A stretch of 64,000 bases of DNA, taken from the NCBI GenBank assembly GCA_965153285.1, contig OZ229115.1; one strand, written 5' to 3'. Position numbers and translations under genes: made by a program. Of the stretch, positions 11,421 through 22,797 are shown in pieces (positions within the stretch are counted from its first letter, which is position 1; the number at the start of each line of letters is the position of its first letter). Source of the stretch: Podarcis tiliguerta. Lineage: Eukaryota. The notes beneath the pieces were generated by a model. The model worked only from the letters and a program-made list of their open reading frames with translations. It had not been told where the DNA came from and did no database searches.

Positions 11421-13476
11421 GTAAGTGACGTTTTATCCATAGTACTGCTTAATGCAAGCTCTGCTTGAATGCAGGAGCTCAGGTCTTGAAATATACTGAA
11501 AGAAAGAAAGAAAGAAAACCCTTTGCCTCTGGTTGCATCAGTCTTGAATTGTATGTAGACAAAACAAAAAAAGGGGTAAATTTCAGGATTAAACAAAACT
11601 TGTCCCTTTAATTTTATTGAGTTTTCCACCTTACCAACTCCTGGTCTTGAATATAGATAATATCTCTGGTAGTGTTTCAGATCGGCTACTATTAGGAACT
11701 GTACAAACTGGATGCACATTGGAATGAGCTTCCAGACAGGCAGCTCCTAGTACCATCCATTCATGGCTTTTCTGCTGTAAGCTACAATTGGAATTGACTT
11801 TCTACACTATTACTCTATGTATAGACCTGCTATGTTCCATCCTCATCACTGGATGTGAAACAGCTGGTGTGGGTGGAAAAGAAGGTCCAAATCACGTGAG
11901 CAGCTACTGGAAGAGAAGCATGTATTTGTTATACTGATAAAGCAGTCTATAAATTTTGTTAAATGAAAAAATAAAGACAGCCTTTGTAGCTGGTGCCATT
12001 TTAGCAGCTTGCTTAGTTTTGAATCAATATTTAATGCCAGTGTGTATTTTATGGCTATCTGCTTTTAATCAAAGGGGTATTATACTGGTAATAAAAACTA
12101 AAAATCCTCCCTGATCACTGCCATTAACCACATTGCTAAAATGGTGTTGACGACAAAGGGGTTTTTACTTCATTTAAAAAGGTAAAGCCAGAAAAGCGTT
12201 TTAGTGCTAATTAAAATATCAATTAAAAAAAGGTAGAGTGATATAATTGTTTCCACCACAAAGGTAATAGCATATATATGTTGTGATAGATCAATGCCCA
12301 CAGGAAAATATTGCTGTTCTAAAAAGAAGAGATTGCGTTACTCTTCTGTTCTCCTGAAAAAGGTGTCTGTTAGGCATCAGGGTGCATCATGGAAACTGAT
12401 TAATCAATTGCATAATATAGTCAGACGTTTCGGTACATGTCTGTTCTTCTGAGGAAAGACAGTAGAACAGGAAAAATACAATTGTAAAGAGTAAGTGAAC
12501 AAAGCATGACTATCCCACACAAAATGCCAGGTGTGAAGTACCTTAAATGTGATTTAACCACTACTTTCAACAGATATGTGCATCCAAGTTCAGGTGTTCT
12601 CCTTTGCTTTCAGTGGGGTACATATTTGGTTGTTCACTCAGAAATAATCCTCATTTTAAATACCCAGCTCCTAGTTGGCACAAAATATAGTGTATCCATG
12701 CGCTGATAATTGTTTCTTCAAAGTGAAAGTAAATCGGACAGAATTTGACAGAAGGTGGTTTCAAGGTATCCCACATCAGAAATAGAGGAACCCACATCAG
12801 AAATTGAACCCGCTGGATAACTGAACTAATCATTCTCTTGGGGTTTTAGGGGCTCCCCCCTTTTTTAGTACATATTGCAACTGGCTCCTGTTAGGGCACA
12901 TGTACATGGAGAACTTTGCCCATGTTCACAGTTTTGCATTTGAATCAGGAAACCGTAAATGGAAATGGTATGGAAATGTAAATGCAAAATGGGTTCCCAG
13001 TATGATGAAAACTGCCATAATTTCCCCAGTCAACCTGGAATAGGGTAGCTAGGTGCAAAAAAGGACAGGGCTCCTGTAATTTATCGGTAGCAGCTTGTAA
13101 TGCAAGCTACAGCTGTAGAATTTCCTTCTTCTGCAGGACCCTGAACGTAAGTTCATAAGGAAAGCCAAAGGCCCATCTACTCCAGCATACTGTCCTTTCA
13201 GTGGCCAACCAGATGGAAGCCTGCAAGCAGGTCTGGAGTGCCACAACACTTTTCCCACAATTGGTTCCTAGCAAATGGTATTCAGAGGCATCCTATATTT
13301 GACACTGGAAGTAGAGCATAGCCACAATGACCTCTTTTGCTCCTGGTCAACCTACACAGAAATCTTCATAAACGGTTCAGAATTATATGATGATAAAACA
13401 CATTTTGTCTTAGCCTTCTGCCCTTTTATGTATTCACACTGAAACCAAATACCTTTGTCTCTTTGCCTTCATGCAG

Positions 13477-13621
13477 ATGCAAGATGTAGGTGGAGATTTT
13501 TGTCCAGGTTATTACACTCCATTGCCACCTTTTATACCTCAGGGATTTCTGCCAGGGATTCACTACATTCCGCCGCCTCTCCCACTGAATGTTGTGGCTG
13601 AAGCTACAAAGGAAACATCTG
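13477..13621 (+). CDS. DMRTB1: DMRTB1 coding exon 3
   Basis: Acceptor ctttgccttcatgcag|ATG, phase 0. Translates to MQDVGGDFCPGYYTPLPPFIPQGFLPGIHYIPPPLPLNV. Donor TCTG|GTAAGC, phase 1. Confidence 0.88.
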
Positions 13622-14169
13622 GTAAGCATTCAAAAGGTTCCGTTTGTTGCATAGCAGGTGTGTTGTGGCTGTCCAGCCAGACAGGAAGGGGATAAATAAC
13701 AACTAAGACAAGTGTATGGGCCACAGCTTTCACATGACTACAGTGAGGTAAGCATGGCATTAGGTTAGGATCCGTTATCCTGAAAGACTCCTGATATGGA
13801 TGCCAATACGCCATCCCAGCATGCCTGTTGGGGAATCCCATGGAGCTTGGCTAGTGTGAAAGGACGCCATGTGACTAGTATCCTGCTGGTAACCTGATAT
13901 GAATAGTGACAGGAGTGGAGCGCCTGGGCCAGACCTGGTGGCAGGGTCCCAAAGATGACAATGATTATATATTTATTTATAATCTCCCTTTCTCCCTGAC
14001 AGGGACTCAAGGAAATTTACGGATAAGAACAGCTAAAAGCATAGAAGAAACTATCATTAAAAAGCAATTAAACAGCAATAGAAAAAAAGGCTTTGGCAAT
14101 CCCACCTGCCACTGAACTAAATCTGTTTTCATTATATGCAATTTTGGCTTTATGCACTATCCCTGGAAT

Positions 14170-14330
14170 GTAACTCCTGCATTAGCTGAGAGTCACCTGT
14201 ACTCTGTACTGACTGGCAGCTGCTCTCCAGGGTTTCAGGTAGGAATATTTCCGTTACCAGGAGACACTAGGCATTGGACCTATAACCTTTTGCCCCGTGT
14301 GGGGTGTGTTTTACCACTGAGCTATAGCAC
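14170..14330 (-). mobile_element. Degenerate tRNA-derived squamate SINE (Squam3-like)
   Basis: Minus strand begins GCTATAGCTCAGTGGTAAA (A-box-like). The body contains CCTGAAACCCTGGAGAGCAGCTGCCAGTC; related body sequence also occurs near 57185-57280. Confidence 0.6.
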
Positions 14331-15403
14331 TTCCCTCTTGGTCCTCCTTAAAATATTTAGCTCCTGTTTGCTTTTCATCTTGAATTGTGGAAATATAAAT
14401 TAATAGCTGCTTTCAGATTTGGTAAGGTCAAGGAAAAACCACACACACACAAACCCTTAAGTATTGTATTTACTTTTCTTGGTTTCATGCCTTTAGCCCA
14501 GTATAGGGGAAAATCAAGCATACTATGGGCAACCTTTGGCTGGCTCACAGCCGTGATACAGAAACATTTTCCACAGTTTCAAACAGAGTTAACTTTTCCC
14601 TTCAGAAGAAATACTTTTCCTGTTCTGCCACAAACATGGCTGATATAAACATGCTGAAATAACTCATGAAATAGCTCTTATTTGTATGTTCATGGCTACC
14701 TGTTGTTGTTTTTTAAAATCCTATGTATGAAAAGCTAGCACATCAAAGAAAAGGCTAGACTTGAAACTCTTTCCCTATACATGCGCTTTGTTTTTGATGC
14801 AGAGAAGCACTCACAACTATGTGACCTAAATACATACTCTGAAGCACCACATACTGTTTTGTGTACATAATTAGGTTGCCTGAAAACTGAAAAATTGTTT
14901 GCTTCCTAGCAGCAGCTTGTCTCAAGCTGAGAAGGTATGTTTTGAAAAGCTGCTAACTTCAACATGGGGACAAAGTTCATTTTGTAAAAGCACTATATGT
15001 GTATTCTCCTTTGCTTGCAAGATGCTTTTTTCTAATGGATCTAGCTGATAGTGCTGTCTGGCAGGCACACTTCTGCTAGTAGTGAAATTCTCCTTCAACC
15101 CTTGCTTTCACAAGTATATTTATCTGGTTTAGTCCTCTGTGTATTTAGTCATACGTATCTTTAGCCAAATGGATTTACAGAAAGTCAGGTATCATTGACG
15201 GTCAGTTCTAAGTCATACTCATAGATGACCCAGACTAACAAATCCATTAATTTCAGTAATCTATTCAGGTTATGAGTCAGATACCACCCCAGATTTTAAA
15301 GGAACAGAGACAATCTTTCCATTCTTTTCTCACATTCTATAGCATGAATGTGGGACGTGAAAATTATTTTTGGAATTTTAAGTTCTGATGTTTAATTTTT
15401 GAG

Positions 15404-15420
15404 TAGCCACAAGAGGGCAA
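15404..15420 (+). promoter_or_regulatory. CTCF-like motif in DMRTB1 intron 3
   Basis: TAGCCACAAGAGGGCAA fits the core CCACnAGRGGGCR. Confidence 0.45.
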
Positions 15421-15768
15421 ACTACTTGGAAATTAATCTCAAACTCTTTAGAGTTGTCAATTTGGGGGGGGGGGCGGTTGTTTGAAACTTTAAGGATTTA
15501 ATAGCATCTTTGTAGACTACATAAAATTGTATATTTGCAGTAGTATTGGGGAGTTGATCTAATAAGCCACCATCTGCAAACTAGAAAGATACAAGCTATA
15601 AAAACATGAGGTGATAAGCTTATTTGTCTTTCAAATATTTGTATGATTCAAGATCAAAAATGGACATGAAATTAAAACAAACAGAGAATTCCTTGGATTA
15701 TTTGTAAAGAGCAGATTCATACAAAGAACCTGAAATCACTGGATTGTTCTTCTGCTTCTGTATTTCAG

Positions 15769-15872
15769 CTACACCTGCAGATAGCCAGGATTCTGGAGTG
15801 GTATCTGAACGCAGCCTGTCATCTTCTCAGGAAGATGCCAGTGGAAAATGTTTCTCATATTCTGAGCACTAA
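15769..15872 (+). CDS. DMRTB1: DMRTB1 last coding exon
   Basis: Acceptor cttctgtatttcag|CT, phase 1. ATPADSQDSGVVSERSLSSSQEDASGKCFSYSEH* resembles the acidic, Ser-rich DMRTB1 tail. Spliced CDS is 909 nt (302 aa). A candidate AATAAA lies at 16176-16181. Confidence 0.8.
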
Positions 15873-16709
15873 ATGCACCAAGAAGTCATGTTCAAATGTT
15901 GACTTCAAGTGGTGCCATTCTGAAAGCGATGTTTTGTTTTGCGTCACTGACTGGTCACGTCAGTATTTGGGTTGGTATTGTTCACAACATTTGGTCTATC
16001 AGGTGCTATCCACACAGGAATTTCTGCTGCTTGGTGCCTTAGTGCCAAAGTGGAAGTTTAGGAATCTTCATAGTCTGTTTCTGACATGCAGATGGGCAGA
16101 AAGTTAATGCAGGCTCAACTCAGGATTAATGTAAACTGTAGGAGATCAGATGTGCTCAAGTACATGCGATCCCCAAATAAAGTTGTGTCTGGTCACACTT
16201 TCACACCACCTACCAGCCTGTGCTTGTGAAAGTGGATATTCTAGCCATTTCTTGGCTTGCCAGCTTTTGTTATCTGCTTCTGTCTGAGCCTTTAACAAGA
16301 GTTTGCTATGTAGATAATAGCAGGCGATAATGATTATCTCCATTGCTTAATTTGCTAATTCTTCCATATCAGGCTGGTATTAAAACCCCAGAATCAGGCT
16401 AATTCTTTTTCTGACAAGTTGGCAGCCCTAACTTACGCTTGTGCTGCAGCTGTGTATTTCTTTCAAAGTTCAGGAGAGGAACTATAGAGGGATGGCTCAG
16501 ATGCTTTTTTATGCTTCAGCAGGTATTAGAGCTGCAATACACATAATGGGAAGAACCTTCTCCCTAAACAGAAATGTTTATAGGGAAATAACTGTTGAGT
16601 TTCAAGGGCCTGCTAATGATAATAGACCATGAATAGAGTTGTGGTTCATATGGCTGAACAGTTGGGATCAATTTGGGATAGCAGAGTTAACAGTTACCAC
16701 TATGATTAA

Positions 16710-17019
16710 GGCCCCATCTGCACTATACATTTAAAGCAGCGTCATCCCACCTTAAAAACAGTCAGGGCCTGCCCCAAAGAATCATGGGAACTGGTTTTTT
16801 TGTTTATGATGCTGTGAGGGATTAGGAGACCCCCGTTCTCCTCCCAGAGCTACAATTCCCAGAGTTCTCTGAGGAGAGAGGTTGGCTGTTAAACCACTCT
16901 GGGAGGAGAACAGGGGTCCCCTAGCAACTCTAAGCACCCTTAACAAACAAGTTCCCAGGATTCTTTGGGGGAAGCTCTGACTGCTTCAAGGCCTTTAAAT
17001 ATACAGTGCAGCCAGGGTC
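16710..17019. mobile_element. Palindromic MITE, PIF/Harbinger-like
   Basis: Imperfect terminal inverted repeats GGCCCCATCTGCACTATA / TACAGTGCAGCCAGGGTC, TAA on both flanks, and internal dyad symmetry. Related remnants lie near 44860-45020 and 62370-62660. Confidence 0.65.
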
Positions 17020-17771
17020 TAAGTGTAGCTCTTCATGCTCAGCGTTTGAATTGTGTCATTTATATAACTGTTTCATGTTAATTATGGCTTAGTCCAAAAC
17101 CAGAGACAAGAAGTGGGGAAGAGCCTTTACTTACTCAGCCTTTACTTTGGGAAAAAGTAGCATCCTTGCAAAGAGCACAGTTCTTACCTGATAGGATTTA
17201 TTTTTGTAATAAATCAGAATAAGGATGAAGAACAGCATTCCGCTTTAATGTGTTCCGTTGTAAAAAGACCAGCTACAAATGTTAGTTTCACTTTCTTTGC
17301 TTAAATCTATTAAACATTGATACTGATCTTAAGTTTTGAAATGTCACATTTTTGTTCTGAAACAGACTTCAAATGTTTAAAAGGCGGAGGGGACATTAAC
17401 AAGGTTACTTTTATCTGAATACAATTACTAGTACAGTGTTGAAGAATTAATGGAAAATTCAAACGTATACCTACTTGGCTTACCTAATGAGCAGCAATAG
17501 AAGGATTAATAAAAATTTCCTATTTCAAGTGACCGAACAACATCCAGAGCCAAAGGCATTTTAGTCAGGATGCGTTTTGCCATATCACTGCATGGCTGAA
17601 ATCACTCTTTCATATCACAAATGAGCCAGGATGGACAAATTATTGTGGCCTAGTTCACAATAATGCACTAGTGCACTAGGTCAAAATCCACCATGTAAGA
17701 GATTCTTGTGTGCAAACTCAACCAAAATGAGTGAGAGCTGTGCAAGACTACTTGTGTGAGCATGTAGTCTG

Positions 17772-18150
17772 GTGCTGGTGTTGACCTTTAAAGCCCTAAA
17801 CGGCCTCGGCCCAGTATACCTGAAGGAGCGTCTCCACCCCCATCGTTCTGCCCGGACACTGAGGTCCAGCTCTGAGGGCCTTCTGGCGGTTCCCTCATTG
17901 CGAGAAGCAAAGCTACAGGGAACCAGGCAGAGGGCCTTCTCGGTAGTGGCGCCCGCCCTGTGGAACGCCCTCCCATCAGATGTCAAAGCGATAAATAACT
18001 ACCTGACATTTAGAAGACATCTTAAGGCAGCCCTGTTCAGGGAAGTTTTTAATCTGTGATATTTTACTGTATTTTTTGTTTCTATGGAAGCCGCCCAGAG
18101 TGGCTGGGGAAACCCAGCCAGATGGGCGGGGTACAAATAATAAATTATTA
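17772..18150 (+). mobile_element. L2 LINE, 5'-truncated (end of ORF2 plus 3' UTR and tail)
   Basis: LVLTFKALNGLGPVYLKERL...RTLRSS...RAFSVVAPALWNALP is the typical L2 ORF2 C-terminus; it ends in an AT-rich tail. Confidence 0.9.
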
Positions 18151-18490
18151 TGTGTTACAACTACTTAGGTGAACACGTGTTACAACATGGGGGGAATTAT
18201 CTTCTAGTATTTTAGTTCTGAATCAAACACTATATTTAAAAGTTGACCCTGAATTTGAAATTCATAACACTGAAGACAAACAGCAGTTGGATCAAGAGAT
18301 CATGGATCATTGCTTTGCAATGATGTATGCAGTTCTGCTTGTTTTTGTAGTGCTACAGATGTAAGCTTTTGAATTTTCTGGCTTTCAAGTCAATATTCTA
18401 TATTTTAAATAACTGTAGTGTATTTAAATATAAAACAATGTTTCTTTTTTGTTTGTTTGTGGATCCATGAGAGTGGACTTTTGTGAATTA

Positions 18491-18716
18491 AAGTGGTACC
18501 TTGGGTTACATACGCTTCAGGTTACAGACTCCGCTAACCCAGAAATAGTACCTCGGGTTAAGAACTTTGCTTCAGGATGAAAACAGAAATCGTGCTCTGG
18601 CGGCGCGGCAGCAGCAGGAGGCCCCATTAACTAAAGTGGTGCTTCAGGTTAAGAACAGTTTCAGATTAAGAACGGACCTCTGGAACAAATTAAGTACTTA
18701 ACCTGAGGTATCACTA
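18491..18716. mobile_element. Tc1/mariner-type MITE, copy 1
   Basis: Terminal inverted repeat ~CAGTGGTACCTCGGGTTA with TA flanks; homologous to the copies at 43649 and 60498. Confidence 0.85.
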
Positions 18717-19829
18717 TATAGGAAAGTATGAGAGAGAGAAGCCAATTGTCATAAGTATGGCAAACTATTTTTTTACCTAGTCTTGTAGTTATTGGTGCTA
18801 CAAGAGCCCCAAATCCTGAAATTTATTGTTCATTTCATCAGTTAGTTAAGAGATTGTAATTGTAGATTAAAATGTTAGTTTATCGTACCAATTAATAGGA
18901 CTATTACCCTTTTAAATAAATCTTAGTCAATTAATCATGTTAGTTTTAATCATTTAAATGATTAAATATGTATACATCTGCATTTGAATGAGGAAAAAAG
19001 TATACATAGTTTGAGCGTTCTAGACTCAAAACTGCACTTAGATGCTCAGATATCAGTGGTGGCTAGGACAGCTTTTTACCAACTTTGAATTACACGCCAA
19101 AAGTAATTTCTTGTTAATTTGAGATTGGATTACAGTACTGCAGTATGTTCTACATGGAGCCGTCATTAAATAATGCCCAAAAGGTTCCATTAGTTCCACA
19201 TGCAACTGCCAGCTGTATCACATTATGCCAATCCTTTACTAGCTTCACTGATTACTGCTTTGCTTCCAGCCATGATTCAAGGTGCTAGTTTTGACGTTTA
19301 AAATGCTAAATGACCAAGTCTCAAGACTGTGAACCACTGAAGAAAGTTCAGTAAAAACTCTTATTTCAGTGGAGTTTTTCAGGACTGTTTCCTAACTATT
19401 TACAAAAATTATTTTTTTAAAATCTGCTGTTGCAGTCTCCATTATTTTTTTCTCCTTTCTGGCTGGGGGAGGAGTTGCATCTGTTTTTGTGCGTTTCTGC
19501 TGTAAACTGCCTTGAGTATCTTGCCAGAAAGGTAATGAAGAAACATAATAAACACATCGCCCTAGTCCTTGCTCACTAGTAGGCGTAATTTTGAATTACC
19601 GTCCTCACTTACTGTGCCTTGCAAGGCTGACAGTCCAGGTTCTTCTCATAATGCATCTGGGGTGTGCATCCGATTCTTGGCAATAATTGATGTAGTACAG
19701 GACTCGAAAATGGGTCGATACGTGTGTGTTTTGTGGGGAGGGAAGGACGGCAAAACAGAGCCTTGTGTCCTGTAGCATTTTAGGGGTTAAGCCTGGAATA
19801 GATTTGATTGAGCGGAAAGTGGTGGGGAG

Positions 19830-20560
19830 AAGTGGAGAACTGACGTCAAAGATCAAGGCTGGGCCGGGCTGAGCCTTCATCAGAAAGGTGCTACTAATAC
19901 GCAGGACAGAAGAAGATACGGCTGTAGAGAGCCGACGGGAAGCAGCCGCAAACTCGGCCAGAGGGCGCTACAGTCCCAACAAGTTGCAAATGCGACGAGG
20001 CTTTGCTGCCGTCTAGCAAAGTGAAGCCCAACCTGTGCAGGTGCCTTCAGGCCCACCAAAAAAAAGTAGCTACAGTTTCAGAAGGCCTGAGACAGCGAGC
20101 AAGAGTTCCGTCATGTTGCCCTTGCCCTCCAAGCGGCAGCGAAAAGCTAATTCTGCCCGCCCCGTCAACTCTTCAGAGCGCCCCGGTCATGAGGGCAAGG
20201 GCGAGGGCGGCTGCGGCGCTTTCGGCACCGGCTCGCGGCGCCTGCTGAGCCAGCGACTGCCCAAGTGCGCGCGCTGCAGGAACCACGGCGTGGTGTCCAG
20301 CCTCAAGGGCCACAAGCGGCTGTGCCGCTGGCGGGAGTGCGCGTGCGCCGCCTGCTTGCTGGTGCTCGAGAGGCAGCGCGTGACGGCCGCGCAGGTGGCG
20401 CTGAGGAGGCACCAAGACCAGGTGGCTGGCCAGGTGAGTGGGCGCGCGCGCCTTGCGCGGGGGAAAAACCCAGCAGGGGCGGGAAACACAACGCTGGCGG
20501 CAGAAGAGGGCCAGCAGGGCTCCTCCTCGGGCCCCTCTCTCCTTGCTGACGGCTCTGGAG
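19830..20560 (+). promoter_or_regulatory. CpG island / promoter of DMRT2B, with a palindromic CRE (TGACGTCA, 19841-19848)
   Basis: Most CpG-dense stretch of the window; it covers the 5' region and the DM exon. Confidence 0.75.
20113..20433 (+). CDS. DMRT2B: DMRT2-family gene (DMRT2B) coding exon 1, containing the DM domain
   Basis: [52 protein letters not shown] is a DMRT2-type DM domain with all zinc ligands intact. First in-frame ATG is at 20113, with an upstream in-frame stop at 20014. Donor CAG|GTGAGT, phase 0. Confidence 0.9.
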
Positions 20561-20619
20561 TCCTTAAGAGGCCATAAAACAATAATAATAATAAAGGTGA
20601 GGATGATGGTGACAGTTAA

Positions 20620-20690
20620 TAATAATTTTATTGTTTATACCCCGCCCATCTGGCTGGGTTTCCCCAGCCGCTCTGGGCGGCTTCCAACAA
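20620..20690 (-). mobile_element. L2 3' terminal fragment in DMRT2B intron 1
   Basis: TATACCCCGCCCATCTGGCTGGGTTTCCCCAGCCGCTCTGGGCGGCTTCC is the reverse complement of the L2 tail. Confidence 0.8.
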
Positions 20691-21269
20691 AATATAAAAA
20701 TAATAATAAACTGTCAGACATTTAAAACTTACCTGAACAACTTGCTTCAGCACTGAGTTGTATTAATTTCGGTGGTGGAGCAGCAGAACGGTGAGTAATG
20801 GCTAAAGAAATCCTCTCAGGCGGCGGTGGCGGGTGGGGGAATGGCGGAAACGCCTCAGGGCATGTGATGTGGGGGCCCCTCAGAGGGCCACACTTGCCAG
20901 TATAGGCAACTATGGCAAGTTGAATAGTCGCTGTTTAAACCAAGAACGTACTAGTCCCTGTATAAGCAGGATCCCCGCCCCAGAGGCATACCCCCCAGCT
21001 TGCCTTTATTCGTTGCAATGCAGGAGCATCTTCAGCTGTGAAGTTTTCCCCCCTGTATCAAAGCACAAAGCTTCAGCTGCTGAATTTGCTCCTGTAAGTT
21101 CAGCTGGCTTTCGTTTTAGCTTCATTGGTGGGTGCTCTGGGCAGTGGGGTGGGCTTTTTGCTTAGCTTCTGGGCCTATGCAAGCTTTATAGGGCAGTAAG
21201 CTTTTCCAGAACAAAAAATAAAGCATCTGCATCAGGAAGACCTTTCTGGTGGTAAGTGGTGTTTGACAT

Positions 21270-21437
21270 TGGAATGGACTCCTTGGGAAGGTGGTGGACT
21301 CCTCTCCTTTGGAAGTTTCGAGGCAGAGGTTGGATGGTCAACTGTCATGGATGCTTTGTTTGCAATTCCTGCATTGCATGGGTTTGGACTAGATGACCCT
21401 TGAGGTCCCTTCCAACTCTACGGTTCTATGATTCTAA
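21270..21437 (+). mobile_element. CR1 3' end fragment
   Basis: GGACTAGATGACCCTTGAGGTCCCTTCCAACTCTACGGTTCTATGATTCTA is the canonical CR1 terminus. A more degraded copy lies at about 60020-60160. Confidence 0.8.
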
Positions 21438-21983
21438 GTGACACAAGAACAAACAGGGGGAGGATGTGGAGCTGAGGAATAATGTAAAGAAAGTAACCTT
21501 AAAACTGCCCTCTCCTGAAGCACCTTTTCCTGAGAAAGTCACTGGAATCTGGTTCTGCGTTTCAGCTAAAAACAAGTCCCAGTCTTTAGTGAGCTTTGCC
21601 TCATGTAGATCGAAGTTGAGTAACTTTAACTTTTAAATGGGATGGATTCAGTGTAAATAGTTTAAGCTTCTTAAATTACCGTAATTTGGGTGCTGGTGGA
21701 GCTGTCTGGGCCTGGCGCTGTAATTGGTTTACTGCTATTGAAGACAAGTTCCCTTTCTTTGAGCTCATGTTATATGTTGTATGTATTTAAAACAGCAATA
21801 ATAAACCCCAATGTAAACTATATAATTGTAATGCATCCTGGAGGAAAGTTGCAACTTTTCTTATTTGCTTCCAAATAGCTTGAATGTTTTCAGTATTATC
21901 TTAGCACGCAAGCATGGACATTGTTAGTAAGCAAAAATAGCTATGGTGTTGCTGAATGTCCTCTTCTTTTTGTCATTGCATAG

Positions 21984-22092
21984 GTTAAGAAAGGAATGAG
22001 GAGCAGTGAATATTCAGTTTCTGGCCACAGATTAAACTTCCATTGCAAGACCAAGCAGACTGCCAGATTGTTGGCTAGACACTCACAGGAAG
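21984..22092 (+). CDS. DMRT2B: DMRT2B coding exon 2 (not in the ORF track)
   Basis: Acceptor ttttgtcattgcatag|GTT. VKKGMRSSEYSVSGHRLNFHCKTKQTARLLARHSQE resembles the short middle DMRT2 exon (xKKG...LLAKS.LE). Donor GAAG|GTATGT. Phases 0 and 1 bridge exons 1 and 3 exactly. Confidence 0.85.
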
Positions 22093-22797
22093 GTATGTGC
22101 CGGCATGTAGGAAATACACTTGAAGCAAATCTAGTAGGTTCTCCCTTTTAATGTATTCCATTATAAAATGTGGTATTGATATAGGACAATAAGTTGTTAT
22201 AGCTGTGAAATGAATGTTTATTTTATATTCCTGACACATTCCATAAATAAGTATCTGCTTATGAAGACCTCTTTAGGCATGACTCTCCAAACCCTTAAAA
22301 AACATCAAAAGATTGTGTAACAATGGCATTTCTAGTCAAGGACTCTGGTTGACATTACATTTCATGAGTGAATACTGGATGCCTTCCAGAGAAGCTAAGT
22401 ATACCTAAGTGCCACTGATTTGAGTATGAACTGAGTGTTCTTGATTTTATTGGTGTCAGTTGTATTTAAGCACAAAGGCTGCTTCAGATGTCTTAATTAC
22501 ATATGATATTACCTACACATGAAATACACTGGTGTAGTTAGCTGTTAGCTGTTGTATGTGACAAGCATATGGGTGCACTTTCACTATGCTACACTTTCAA
22601 CTATACAACGTGTACAAACAGTTAATGACTGGCACATGCAACTGTTACCTGTGATGTGACAACTTACACACAGGTTTCTTAATAATACCGTTTTTACCGC
22701 GTGAAATGCTTTCTGTAAAGGAAATGCGTAATGTTTGAAAGCACCTAATGCCAGGCTTTGCACAATAACTGTCCTTTTCCTTTGGATCTTGTTGTAG

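Noticed and set aside
15873-20112. Remnant of a DMRT3 paralogue
   Set aside because: No CxxCxxHG or DMA-like translation was found by eye, and much of the region is MITE and L2 sequence.
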